From IMG/VR virus record IMGVR_UViG_3300025133_000076: a stretch of 20,000 nucleotides of DNA. One strand, written 5' to 3'. The stretch's first letter is position 1, and every line of letters starts with the position of its first letter. Of the stretch, positions 1-7,950 are shown piece by piece. A program made the translations under genes and the position numbers. This DNA comes from an uncultured virus (IMG/VR IMGVR_UViG_3300025133_000076). Taxonomy: Duplodnaviria; Heunggongvirae; Uroviricota; Caudoviricetes. A model generated the notes under the pieces. The model was given only the letters and a program-made list of their open reading frames with translations. It did no database searches and had not been told where the DNA came from.

Positions 1-1
1 C

Positions 2-742
2 TTTCGTCTTATAGTAACAAAGCCCGAAGATATGATAGAGTCTAATGAGGGGCCTGGGGATCTTCGTGACACTCAGGAACTTGAAGAGTGGCGGGAGGCT
101 AATATAAGAATCATAAAAGAAGAGGCTAACGTACCTAGCCTGCCCGACATAGACAGAGAAGTGTTAGCTAATGATTTAAAGTTTTATATCGACGCAACTC
201 ATGAGGATCTTATTAAAGATATGAGGCGAGAAGAAGATCTTAAAGATAGCATGGAGGCATTCCGGGCAGCGGGATGGACACAGGGGGCTGACTTCGAGCC
301 TCCGCGTAGTTCTTTTGACAAAGTTATAAACGAGGCCTCAGAGGGGGCTCTGGACTATCTTATTGAGGCCTATGGGGAAGATAGTCTCACAAGGAATCGC
401 GATTATAAAAGTGATGGAGTTATCCTAGAAGAAATTAGGGACGATACCTCTGGGTTTTTTGAAGCAGCGTTGAAGCTGACTGAAGATGGAACTGTAGATT
501 TAGTTTCGATGCTCTCTATTCTTATGAAAGAAACTTTTCCAGGCAGAGAGGACGGAGTAAGTGTAGACTTTTGGAACTGGAAAGAAATCCTTAAGCCATT
601 AACCAAAAGATACCCTATTCAAGCAAGATGGGTTGTCTCTCAAACTGACAATCCAATGCTAAAAGCAGAACTGGAAGAATACTTAGAGGAAATAAAGCTC
701 GAAGAATACTTAGAGGAATTAAGCGAAGACTCTGATCTCTAA
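2..742 (+). CDS. Hypothetical acidic protein, probably 5'-truncated by the window edge
   Basis: The frame of ORF 32..742 is open back to position 2 (TTT CGT CTT ATA GTA ACA AAG CCC GAA GAT ATG). Very Glu/Asp-rich; no recognised family. Confidence 0.7.
   Translation, partial: FRLIVTKPEDMIESNEGPGDLRDTQELEEWREANIRIIKEEANVPSLPDIDREVLANDLKFYIDATHEDLIKDMRREEDLKDSMEAFRAAGWTQGADFEPPRSSFDKVINEASEGALDYLIEAYGEDSLTRNRDYKSDGVILEEIRDDTSGFFEAALKLTEDGTVDLVSMLSILMKETFPGREDGVSVDFWNWKEILKPLTKRYPIQARWVVSQTDNPMLKAELEEYLEEIKLEEYLEELSEDSDL
674..718 (+). repeat. 18-nt direct repeat, 27-nt period, in frame
   Basis: GAAGAATACTTAGAGGAA at 674-691 and 701-718, encoding LEEYLEEIK-LEEYLEEL. Confidence 0.85.
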
Positions 743-788
743 AAATATTTTCGCCGTAAACTTACCAACTAATATTATAGATACAGTT

Positions 789-1055
789 ATGTTAAAAGAA
801 CTCATTAAAATAGCGAATAAGTTGGACGAAAGAGGGTTGGCAAAAGAGGCTATTGGACTTCCTAGCATCCCGTCCTCTACCGACCCGCGAGAATGGACTT
901 CTTATGCTAAAAAGAATTGGTCGAGGCTATATGGGCCTCATAAGCCCATAGTTAAGGAGTTACTGTCTAAAGTTAGGGATATTGCAAAGGACTATGACAG
1001 AGGGGCGAGTGCTCCACAGGTGGCTGAAGCAATCAGGCATAATGATGAGTTGTAA
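789..1055 (+). CDS. Hypothetical protein with N-terminal shared helical module (MLKELIKIANKLDERGLAKEA)
   Basis: 88-aa ORF. The N-terminus matches a motif also seen in ORFs 3834, 15659 and 18358. Confidence 0.7.
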   Translation: MLKELIKIANKLDERGLAKEAIGLPSIPSSTDPREWTSYAKKNWSRLYGPHKPIVKELLSKVRDIAKDYDRGASAPQVAEAIRHNDEL

Positions 1056-3666
1056 ATTAGATACATTACAGTCATGGCTTATAAGCAATGGATTTATAAA
1101 TGAATCTGTTGAATTACACATTATAAAAACAGCTATATCTTTAGAAGAGGCAGCCATGAGGCTCGACCAAAAGATAATAGGAAAGATTATTAACGGAGCA
1201 TTGTGGAGGCCTGATAAATCTGTGTCTCAATATCTTTATGACTTCGCGGGCCACAACCCGGCTGGTAACGATATTTTGCCAGAATTGAAAAAGAGAGTTT
1301 CATATCTTCTTTTAAATATGGTCCCAAAAGACTTGCTTCCAGACCAGAAGGGTACAGCCTTAAGCTGGTTAATAAGCCTAGCTAACAGGACTGCCTCTCC
1401 AGATCTAGAGATTGGTCGCGGATTCGGCAGAGCTTTAGTATTAGGGGCTTTAGATGACCTGATGCACCTTGCCAAGCACACAAACTTATCAGAGGGCGAC
1501 TCTCTCTCCGCTTTTGATAAACAGTATTTAAATACATATCTAGAAAACGGATATGTCGAGCCAAAAGAGGGGGATCCACACCTCCGCAACTTAGACCGAA
1601 TAAGCTCTCTTGATGATCACCCGGCCAGTACCGCAAGGAATAATCTAGAGATATTCTTTCATTATAAAGATCTTATGAGCCAAAAGGATCTGCTTTCTAT
1701 GGAAACATTTGGAGACTTACAATTCACAGTAGACGAGGCAAGGCCCAAGATTAAGCAAAAGCAGGAAAAGAAAAGGCACCTAAATGTAGAAGAGGGAGCT
1801 GTATTCTTACAAGGTGGTTTTAAGAAGAGCGAACATACCGGAGAGATCCTATATAACTACAAGGTGACTACAGGCAAAAAGGATGCAGACGGATCGTTCC
1901 TTGGAGCTGTTTATTGGACAAACAAGTTAAACAGGGCAAGCGCAAGGCAGGTTGATGCAATAAAAAATGGGCTTGAGTTAAGAGCCGAGTCTAAAGAAAG
2001 TGCAAAAAAGTATTTTGCGGGAATAGTTTGCACAACTGGGCGGGAAAAATGCCCCCCTGATATTGTCGCAGAAATGATAGGCAACTTAGATGCAGAGAGG
2101 CTGGGTCCAGCCTTTGAGTATTCAGAGGGGCTTGTTATAGCTGAAATTCACAACAAAGGTGCCGCCTGTATGCTGGGGTCACAATCAAACCAGTGGTGTA
2201 CTGCCGCTCCGGGATTAGACTACTTTGACGATTATTATAAAAAAGATGATCCACTGTTTTTCTTTGCCGACGAATCTCGGGATGAGATATTTCAATTTAG
2301 TTACGGACAAGGGGATTTTGCCGATGAAATGAATAATCAGGTCGATGCGACAGTTAAAAGAGAATTGCACAATCATCTTCTCCATGTAGTTGATATTGAC
2401 AAGTATCCGAATGTCAAACTTATGACGGCAGATATTGTAATCTCTGACTGGGAAACTGATGGGCCAGATTTGAGAGCAGCGATTAATTATACAGACATCA
2501 GCAATATGAGGCAGGATTTACTAACAAGACTTATAGCGCATCCAAATATTCAAGAAGATATGCTAATAGACGCGGTAGACTCCCTTGCGCAAAAGGACCC
2601 TCTGGTATTTTTTAGCGAACATCTTTATGATAAAATAAATAACAATAAAAAAAGAGCTGAGATAATCAGTCATGCAGCTACAGCATTGGCATACAATGAC
2701 GACTCTGTGGGCAAATCAGTTAAATTTTTTGACATTCATATAGAGGGAGGAGCAGGTTCTGGCCGCTTTAGTGATGGGCGGCTAAAAGACTTGTTTCCAG
2801 ATCTGGCAGAGGAACTTGCAGAGCGCCTCTCTAGCTCCACCTCCTTTATACGCTCATTTTTATATAGAGATTACCCAGAGTTTACAGCCAGAGGGATAGA
2901 GTCGCAGATAGCTGACATAAAACTGAACGGTCAAGTGCCACATAGAGCACGAGGTTTGGAAGAGCTTATTCAGCTTTCCTCTACAAAGTATGAGAAGGAG
3001 CTTTTTAGACTTGCAGAGACAATAGCTCAATACTCTCCAGCGTTTTTCTTTAAAAATAAATTACATAAAAAATATCCAAAGATAGCAGAAAGCACCCCGT
3101 CGTGGCTTCCGGAATCCGCCTACAACCGCCGAAGTGTAGCGGATATGTTTTCCGGTTCAAATGCATTTTGGAACCTTGAGTTATATTTGGATTATCCAGA
3201 GATAGCAAAAAAGAGAGCATCAGAGCTGCGTCCAGAGATATTCTTTAGCATTAAAATTGAAGCCCCAGACCCTTCCAGGGATGGCATGGGCTACTATGGT
3301 CAGGTTGGATTACAAACCATATATCCAGAAGAGGCAATAGTAAAGGCTCAATATATGGCGGATCATATGCCTGGCAGATTCTTTAAACATAATATGGAAA
3401 AGTCGTATCCAGAAATAGGTCGTAAAGCAGCAGAACATATGGCTATAAATAATCCAAACAGATTCGCCACAGTACGATTACACGAAAGATACCCGGAATT
3501 TGCACATCATGTAAAGGCGGCTATTGATGCCAGAATAATCTCTGATATAACCCTGCATGGTGGAGGGAAGCTATCAGACTGGCTTGAGCAACATGCCTAC
3601 GATCCTCGTCGTCATATAGTCGAAGAGTTATACGGAAACAATGAACCGGATGAGGCTGATGGTTGA
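1042..3666 (+). CDS. Large hypothetical protein with a central WCTAAPG motif and C-terminal ~28-aa helical repeats
   Basis: Long ORF (track start 982; ATG at 1042/1045 overlapping the previous stop is more plausible). Contains GSQSNQWCTAAPGLDYFDDYY and repeated 'P..FF...L...YPE.A' units. Confidence 0.85.
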   Translation: MMSCKLDTLQSWLISNGFINESVELHIIKTAISLEEAAMRLDQKIIGKIINGALWRPDKSVSQYLYDFAGHNPAGNDILPELKKRVSYLLLNMVPKDLLPDQKGTALSWLISLANRTASPDLEIGRGFGRALVLGALDDLMHLAKHTNLSEGDSLSAFDKQYLNTYLENGYVEPKEGDPHLRNLDRISSLDDHPASTARNNLEIFFHYKDLMSQKDLLSMETFGDLQFTVDEARPKIKQKQEKKRHLNVEEGAVFLQGGFKKSEHTGEILYNYKVTTGKKDADGSFLGAVYWTNKLNRASARQVDAIKNGLELRAESKESAKKYFAGIVCTTGREKCPPDIVAEMIGNLDAERLGPAFEYSEGLVIAEIHNKGAACMLGSQSNQWCTAAPGLDYFDDYYKKDDPLFFFADESRDEIFQFSYGQGDFADEMNNQVDATVKRELHNHLLHVVDIDKYPNVKLMTADIVISDWETDGPDLRAAINYTDISNMRQDLLTRLIAHPNIQEDMLIDAVDSLAQKDPLVFFSEHLYDKINNNKKRAEIISHAATALAYNDDSVGKSVKFFDIHIEGGAGSGRFSDGRLKDLFPDLAEELAERLSSSTSFIRSFLYRDYPEFTARGIESQIADIKLNGQVPHRARGLEELIQLSSTKYEKELFRLAETIAQYSPAFFFKNKLHKKYPKIAESTPSWLPESAYNRRSVADMFSGSNAFWNLELYLDYPEIAKKRASELRPEIFFSIKIEAPDPSRDGMGYYGQVGLQTIYPEEAIVKAQYMADHMPGRFFKHNMEKSYPEIGRKAAEHMAINNPNRFATVRLHERYPEFAHHVKAAIDARIISDITLHGGGKLSDWLEQHAYDPRRHIVEELYGNNEPDEADG

Positions 3667-3833
3667 TATATTAATATTTGATATTAAAATGACAGGTTTA
3701 ATATGATAAAAGATTTAGGACGAATATAGAAACTGCCGCTGTAGAGTGGAATGATGAAATCAATGAATATATTGCATATAATATGCACAGAGAAGTGGGC
3801 GATACAGCTTTCGCATAAGGATTAAGAATAATT

Positions 3834-4490
3834 ATGAAACAATACACACCAGATACTGACAGGGTAATAGCCGACCCAGAAGAACTAAGCGATATGATGG
3901 CGACTATAGATCTAAAGGAACGTGTCACATATCTAATGAATGTAATTTCTGGGGCCAAAAGAGATCTTGCAAGACTAGAGGACTTAGGCCCGGCTTCCGT
4001 TGGCTTGGGAAATCTGAAGAAAGAACTCAAAGAGTCTCTATCTATGAATCAGGCTGAGTTGCGTCAAATTTACGATTACTATTTGGGAGTCGGAGCTTTA
4101 CAGATGGCGACAGAGCCTGGAGATATTCCTGCGTTTCCAGGGATATCAGGATGGGGGTCTAGAAAACCGGAGGACCCAGATATGATGTACCTTCCCCCAA
4201 TGTTAGAGGCGGCAGAAGCATCTTTGACAAAAGAGTTGGTAAAAATCTCAAACGAACTAGACTCATTAGGCTTAATTGCCGAAGCTGATAGCCTGGACTC
4301 AATCATCCTAAAGTATGCTTCAAATAATGTAATAAGATTTGAAGATCATGCTGGAGAGAAAGAGCAGGTATATGCTTACGCCTTATTAGATCCCGATGGG
4401 GAATTTCAAGATATGTTTGGCTCAAGAGAAGAGGCTCTGGCCGGACTTATGGATGCAACAGGATATACCTTGCGGGAAATAAAACTATAG
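3834..4490 (+). CDS. Hypothetical protein with internal shared helical module (LTKELVKISNELDSLGLIAEADSLDSIILKYAS)
   Basis: 218-aa ORF. The module is encoded at 4224-4322. Confidence 0.8.
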   Translation: MKQYTPDTDRVIADPEELSDMMATIDLKERVTYLMNVISGAKRDLARLEDLGPASVGLGNLKKELKESLSMNQAELRQIYDYYLGVGALQMATEPGDIPAFPGISGWGSRKPEDPDMMYLPPMLEAAEASLTKELVKISNELDSLGLIAEADSLDSIILKYASNNVIRFEDHAGEKEQVYAYALLDPDGEFQDMFGSREEALAGLMDATGYTLREIKL

Positions 4491-4509
4491 TCTGGAGATA
4501 CTTTAAACG

Positions 4510-5028
4510 ATGATCTTAAGGATTGCATTTTATAAAAACAAAGAACTTTTAAGAGATCGATTCATTAGATGGTGGACAAGAAGCCGCTATAGTCATGTTG
4601 AATTAGCCATCCCCAATGGTGGTGGATGGATCGGAATATATCCTCCACATAATCCTGTTGTGAAATTAAATAAGGCCGATATATATAAGGAGTCAGATTG
4701 GGACTTTATTTCTATCCCAATTACAGATAATCAATTAAAAATTATTTTAGATTTTTACGAGGAAACTAAGGGTCAGTCTTATGATTGGATTGGGATGCTG
4801 CTATCTCACATAACCCCGTTTAAAATAAGAAGAATAAACAAGTGGTATTGCAGCGAATGGGTTGCTTATGCGCTAAGTCTCTCTGGGGTAATAGAGTGGA
4901 GGAATTTGGCATTATATAAGACGAACCGCCTTCCTCCGCAAAAGCTATACGACGCCCTGATTTGTCAAGCAGAAGTGCTCCCGGCGTATTGGGTAGACGC
5001 TAGTGATAATACAAGATATATAGATTGA
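4510..5028 (+). CDS. Permuted papain-like (NlpC/P60-superfamily, YiiX/YaeF-type) amidase/peptidase
   Basis: N-terminal His motif TRSRYSHVEL, then KGQSYDW and C-terminal Cys motif KWYCSEWVA. His-before-Cys order is the permuted arrangement. Confidence 0.75.
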   Translation: MILRIAFYKNKELLRDRFIRWWTRSRYSHVELAIPNGGGWIGIYPPHNPVVKLNKADIYKESDWDFISIPITDNQLKIILDFYEETKGQSYDWIGMLLSHITPFKIRRINKWYCSEWVAYALSLSGVIEWRNLALYKTNRLPPQKLYDALICQAEVLPAYWVDASDNTRYID

Positions 5029-5068
5029 TATATTATTAACCAAGATTATATCGGGAGATAGTAATTAA

Positions 5069-5449
5069 ATGAGCAGAAAAGTAGCTTGGATAAGCGATAT
5101 AAAAACTGATGATAAACCATGGGGAAGTGAAAAGTCATGGTCTAGTGCCGGATTTTCTCATAGCAAAATAATTACAATAGAGAGTGGACACAGAACATCT
5201 CTAAAGAAATACAAGGTAAAAAACGAATCATTCTTTTTGGTGTCCGGAAAGATAGCCGTTATATATGGGGATGAAAAAACAACCAGTGTTAAGTTTATGT
5301 CTCATGGAATATTGCTGCCAAATCAAGTTCTGTCTGTACCATCTGGATGCCCGTATAGACTTGAGGCTCTGGAAGACTCTGTTATTATCGAAACGTCAGA
5401 TTATAGAGAAGACGACTTTGAGCTAATCGAAGATGACTATAACCGATAA
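5069..5449 (+). CDS. Cupin-fold protein (mannose-6-phosphate isomerase type II C-terminal-like), with degenerate metal ligands
   Basis: KPWG, 'SGHRTSLKKYKVKNESFFLVSG', 'VPSGCPYRLEALEDSVIIETS' and C-terminal EDDYNR follow the small phage/bacterial cupin pattern. Confidence 0.7.
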   Translation: MSRKVAWISDIKTDDKPWGSEKSWSSAGFSHSKIITIESGHRTSLKKYKVKNESFFLVSGKIAVIYGDEKTTSVKFMSHGILLPNQVLSVPSGCPYRLEALEDSVIIETSDYREDDFELIEDDYNR

Positions 5450-5469
5450 ATAAAATTTTATCACCCACT

Positions 5470-5489
5470 TTCTGCACCAGCTATCGTAC
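5470..5489 (+). promoter_or_regulatory. Repeated intergenic motif copy 1 (TTTCTGCACCAGCTATCGTA), putative phage promoter/operator
   Basis: Identical to 8216-8235 and 17/20 identical to 17410-17429. All three copies are intergenic and in the same orientation. Confidence 0.6.
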
Positions 5490-5512
5490 TATGAACACAG
5501 TGGAGGAAGAAA

Positions 5513-5749
5513 ATGTCTTTGTTTATAAGGGTAGAGATTGCATCCAAGTTGCTTGGAAGCAAAAGTCCAAATGATATTATGTTTATTGCTCTAGATAGGG
5601 TTCATAAGATTCAGAGCACTGGAGGCGAAAGAGGTTGCATTATTTTTCATGGGCAACCAACAGAGAGGACTGTTGTAGATGTAACCGCAGGAGAATTGGT
5701 TGCTAACAACATTGTCGATACTTCATTTTTTGCTATAGAATCTAAATAG
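5513..5749 (+). CDS. Hypothetical protein
   Basis: 78-aa ORF with a GGAGG Shine-Dalgarno just upstream. Confidence 0.7.
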   Translation: MSLFIRVEIASKLLGSKSPNDIMFIALDRVHKIQSTGGERGCIIFHGQPTERTVVDVTAGELVANNIVDTSFFAIESK

Positions 5750-5779
5750 CTAACTGCCACCTACGTTAATTAAACGTAT

Positions 5780-5855
5780 GGGCCGTTAGCTCAACAGGCA
5801 GAGCAAAAGACTTTTAATCTTTAGGTTCTGGGTTCAAGTCCCAGGCGGCTCACCA
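5780..5855 (+). tRNA. tRNA-Lys (TTT)
   Basis: Acceptor GGGCCGT/GCGGCTC, anticodon arm AAAGA-CTTTTAA-TCTTT, T-loop GGTTCAAGTCC, encoded CCA; 76 nt. Confidence 0.95.
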
Positions 5856-5862
5856 TTATTAT

Positions 5863-5940
5863 AGGGCTATAGCTCAATCAGGTTAGAGCAACTGCCTCAT
5901 AAGCAGTAGGTTCTCGGTTCAAGTCCGAGTAGCCCTACCA
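5863..5940 (+). tRNA. tRNA with CAT anticodon (elongator Met or lysidine-modified Ile2; not initiator)
   Basis: Acceptor AGGGCTA/TAGCCCT, anticodon arm ACTGC-CTCATAA-GCAGT, T-loop GGTTCAAGTCC, encoded CCA. Lacks the initiator GGG/CCC anticodon stem and the 1-72 mismatch. Confidence 0.92.
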
Positions 5941-5954
5941 TTTAACGATATAAG

Positions 5955-6240
5955 TGTTGTCGCTCAACTCTTATAAGAAGGAGCGGAATGTTGGAGTTAC
6001 TTTAGATCATTTTGGTTGGGTGATTTAAAGTGGGCGGGTTTCAACAAGTGCGGTAAAGATAGTATTTGTTACATAAAGCAAGTACAATATTAGGGCTCCT
6101 AATGTGACACCCCCTTTGTAATAAAGGGGTTTTAATATAGGAAAAAGCTCCGGTCATGTAATAGGTGTGTCACTCCCTATTATTTAGGCTTATTATTTAA
6201 GTCAGATGAAAGCTGGCCTTACCGGAGGCCAGTTAGTAAT
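5955..6240 (+). ncRNA. Candidate structured non-coding RNA (multi-stem, putative pseudoknots), family unknown; boundaries approximate
   Basis: At least 8 stems with G-U pairs on the + strand, plus two loop-to-upstream 7-bp complementarities. Lies directly downstream of a tRNA, in a stretch with no credible CDS. Confidence 0.6.
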
Positions 6241-6256
6241 CAAAAGGGTCGGATTT

Positions 6257-6505
6257 ATGGACAACTTTGAGGTTGAAGAATATATCCTTCAAACATTGTC
6301 TGGAATAATTCCCAAAGAATTATGGGACGAGCACAGTGGGAGCGACTCCTCTCCTTTCGACAGACTTAGCGAAGCAGAGGCTAGGGTTGTGAAGAGAAAG
6401 TTTAGAAAGTTAAAAAAAAAAGCTAAAGTAAAAAAGTATAATTCTGCAAAATCTATGTGGTCAAGTATAAATTATTATTTAAAAGGTATCAAAAATGGGC
6501 AGTAA
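6257..6505 (+). CDS. Hypothetical protein (basic C-terminus)
   Basis: Track ORF 6206..6505. Start at ATG 6257 preferred because 6206-6240 lies within the structured RNA. Confidence 0.65.
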   Translation: MDNFEVEEYILQTLSGIIPKELWDEHSGSDSSPFDRLSEAEARVVKRKFRKLKKKAKVKKYNSAKSMWSSINYYLKGIKNGQ

Positions 6506-6686
6506 AGCACAGCGACAAAACCAGCATGTTCAGCGTCTTAATAAAAAAATTAGAAAATTCACAAAGGCTGGCAAATCAACTGCTGGATTAGAAAAAGAAT
6601 TGAATTATATGTTGGGCGAAGAACGGGTAAAGCACAAAACAGGAAGAGAGGCAGACCCTCGGCTCAAAAGATTTAATCACGACTGA
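6495..6686 (+). CDS. Small basic hypothetical protein
   Basis: 63-aa Lys/Arg-rich ORF overlapping the upstream stop. Confidence 0.65.
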   Translation: MGSKAQRQNQHVQRLNKKIRKFTKAGKSTAGLEKELNYMLGEERVKHKTGREADPRLKRFNHD

Positions 6687-6708
6687 TGCAAAGCCCATGA
6701 TAAAACAT

Positions 6709-6784
6709 TCCCCTGTAGCTCAGTTGGTAGAGCAGATGACTGTTAATCATCGGGTCGTTGGTTCAAGTCCAGCCGGGGGAGCCA
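6709..6784 (+). tRNA. tRNA-Asn (GTT)
   Basis: Acceptor TCCCCTG/CGGGGGA, anticodon arm GATGA-CTGTTAA-TCATC, T-loop GGTTCAAGTCC, encoded CCA; 76 nt. Confidence 0.95.
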
Positions 6785-6791
6785 TTTTTAT

Positions 6792-6825
6792 AAGCCATGT
6801 ATCTTTTGGTACATGGCTTTGTTTA
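6792..6825 (+). terminator. Possible intrinsic terminator or processing hairpin after tRNA-Asn
   Basis: 12-bp stem AAGCCATGTATC-TTTT-GGTACATGGCTT followed by TGTTT. Confidence 0.5.
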
Positions 6826-6839
6826 GTTTCGGAGGAATA

Positions 6840-7196
6840 ATGCCTAGAATATCAAAGATAAATGACGATACAACAGACATAGGTGGAACAAGTTTTGTTG
6901 GAGAAATTATCGCAGACTATAGCCTTCTGATAGAAAGGTTTGGAGAGCCAGGAGATTCGTTTGACAATTATAAAACGGATGCAGAATGGGTCATAGAGTT
7001 TGAGAGCGGGGAAGTCGCGACAATTTACAATTGGAAAGATGGCCTTAATTATTGCGGAGAAACTGGTACTCCAGTAGAATTGATAAAGGAGTGGCACATC
7101 GGGGGCAGGTCAAGCCTTGTTCAGCTTTGGATAGAGGATTATCTCTTTCACTCATGGCCGGTCTTTGATGAAATAAGACAGGATGCACAATTTTGA
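6840..7196 (+). CDS. Hypothetical phage protein
   Basis: ATG 6840 follows GGAGG. Sequence GTSFVGEI..FGEP..YKTDAEWVIEF..VATIYNWK is recalled as a widespread uncharacterised phage family (not searched). Confidence 0.75.
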   Translation: MPRISKINDDTTDIGGTSFVGEIIADYSLLIERFGEPGDSFDNYKTDAEWVIEFESGEVATIYNWKDGLNYCGETGTPVELIKEWHIGGRSSLVQLWIEDYLFHSWPVFDEIRQDAQF

Positions 7197-7443
7197 TGAA
7201 CCAAAGGAATGGAGCAATAAATGCCCAGACTGTAGGGCTATAATCAAATGGAGCCTAACCCCATCTGGGGCGGGAGCGAAATCAAGAGTCTATTGTTCTA
7301 ATAATGTTTCTTGCTCAAGAGTTGATATAACAAGCCTTGATGATTTAAAGCTTTGCTTTTGGATAGGGTTTGTTGTTAGGCAGAAAGATGGTGGAGTTAG
7401 GTTTCAAGATAAAGACGGAAACTGGATAAGAGAATACATATAA
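7183..7443 (+). CDS. Hypothetical Cys-containing protein (possible Zn ribbon)
   Basis: 86-aa ORF with CPDC and further Cys residues; overlaps the upstream stop. Confidence 0.65.
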   Translation: MHNFDEPKEWSNKCPDCRAIIKWSLTPSGAGAKSRVYCSNNVSCSRVDITSLDDLKLCFWIGFVVRQKDGGVRFQDKDGNWIREYI

Positions 7444-7445
7444 AT

Positions 7446-7521
7446 GCCATCTTAGCTCAGTCGGTAGAGCAGTTGCTTTGTAAGCATCAGGTCGTCAGTT
7501 CAAGTCTGACAGGTGGCTCCA
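7446..7521 (+). tRNA. tRNA-Thr (TGT)
   Basis: Acceptor GCCATCT/AGGTGGC, anticodon arm GTTGC-TTTGTAA-GCATC (one mismatch), T-arm GTCAG-TTCAAGT-CTGAC, encoded CCA; 76 nt. Confidence 0.92.
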
Positions 7522-7553
7522 CAAGCTTAATTAACAAGATCTATTGGTGTTAA

Positions 7554-7727
7554 ATGAAATACTGGCGCATTGAAGTTATAAACAATGATAAGCAAGAGAC
7601 TCACTTTATAAAGGCTGTTGATTATTCTAAGAAGCTTATAAGGGCAGTTCTAAAAGAAACTCATCCAGAGTGGAATATTAAAAGGATAGTATCAATTGAT
7701 GCTATTCCAGAAAAAATTAAGGAGTGA
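7554..7727 (+). CDS. Small hypothetical protein (57 aa, not in the ORF track)
   Basis: MKYWRIEVINNDKQETHFIKAVDYSKKLIRAVLKETHPEWNIKRIVSIDAIPEKIKE*; fills the gap between tRNA-Thr and the next gene. Confidence 0.6.
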   Translation: MKYWRIEVINNDKQETHFIKAVDYSKKLIRAVLKETHPEWNIKRIVSIDAIPEKIKE

Positions 7728-7731
7728 TAAT

Positions 7732-7950
7732 ATGGAAGATACATATGTTTATATCAGTGTTAAATTATATCTCAAAGATGGGCAGACAAAAGATTCTATC
7801 CAAGAGGTCGTTCAAGATTTAAATTATTCTTTTGAACACAATGATATTTTGCAGCATGAAATTGTAGATATTTTAGATACTCAACTTCCAATTAAAACAA
7901 TTGAGCTTCCTGTAGACCCGTTTGATTTGCCTATAAGTGAGGATGAATAA
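7732..7950 (+). CDS. Hypothetical protein
   Basis: Track ORF 7696..7950. ATG 7732 follows AAGGAG; stop overlaps the next start (TAATG). Confidence 0.65.
   Translation: MEDTYVYISVKLYLKDGQTKDSIQEVVQDLNYSFEHNDILQHEIVDILDTQLPIKTIELPVDPFDLPISEDE

Noticed and set aside
6138..6225. RNase P RNA (GGAAAAAGCTCCGG loosely resembles GAGGAAAGUCC)
   Set aside because: The match is imperfect, and position and spacing relative to a P4 partner do not fit the RNase P architecture.
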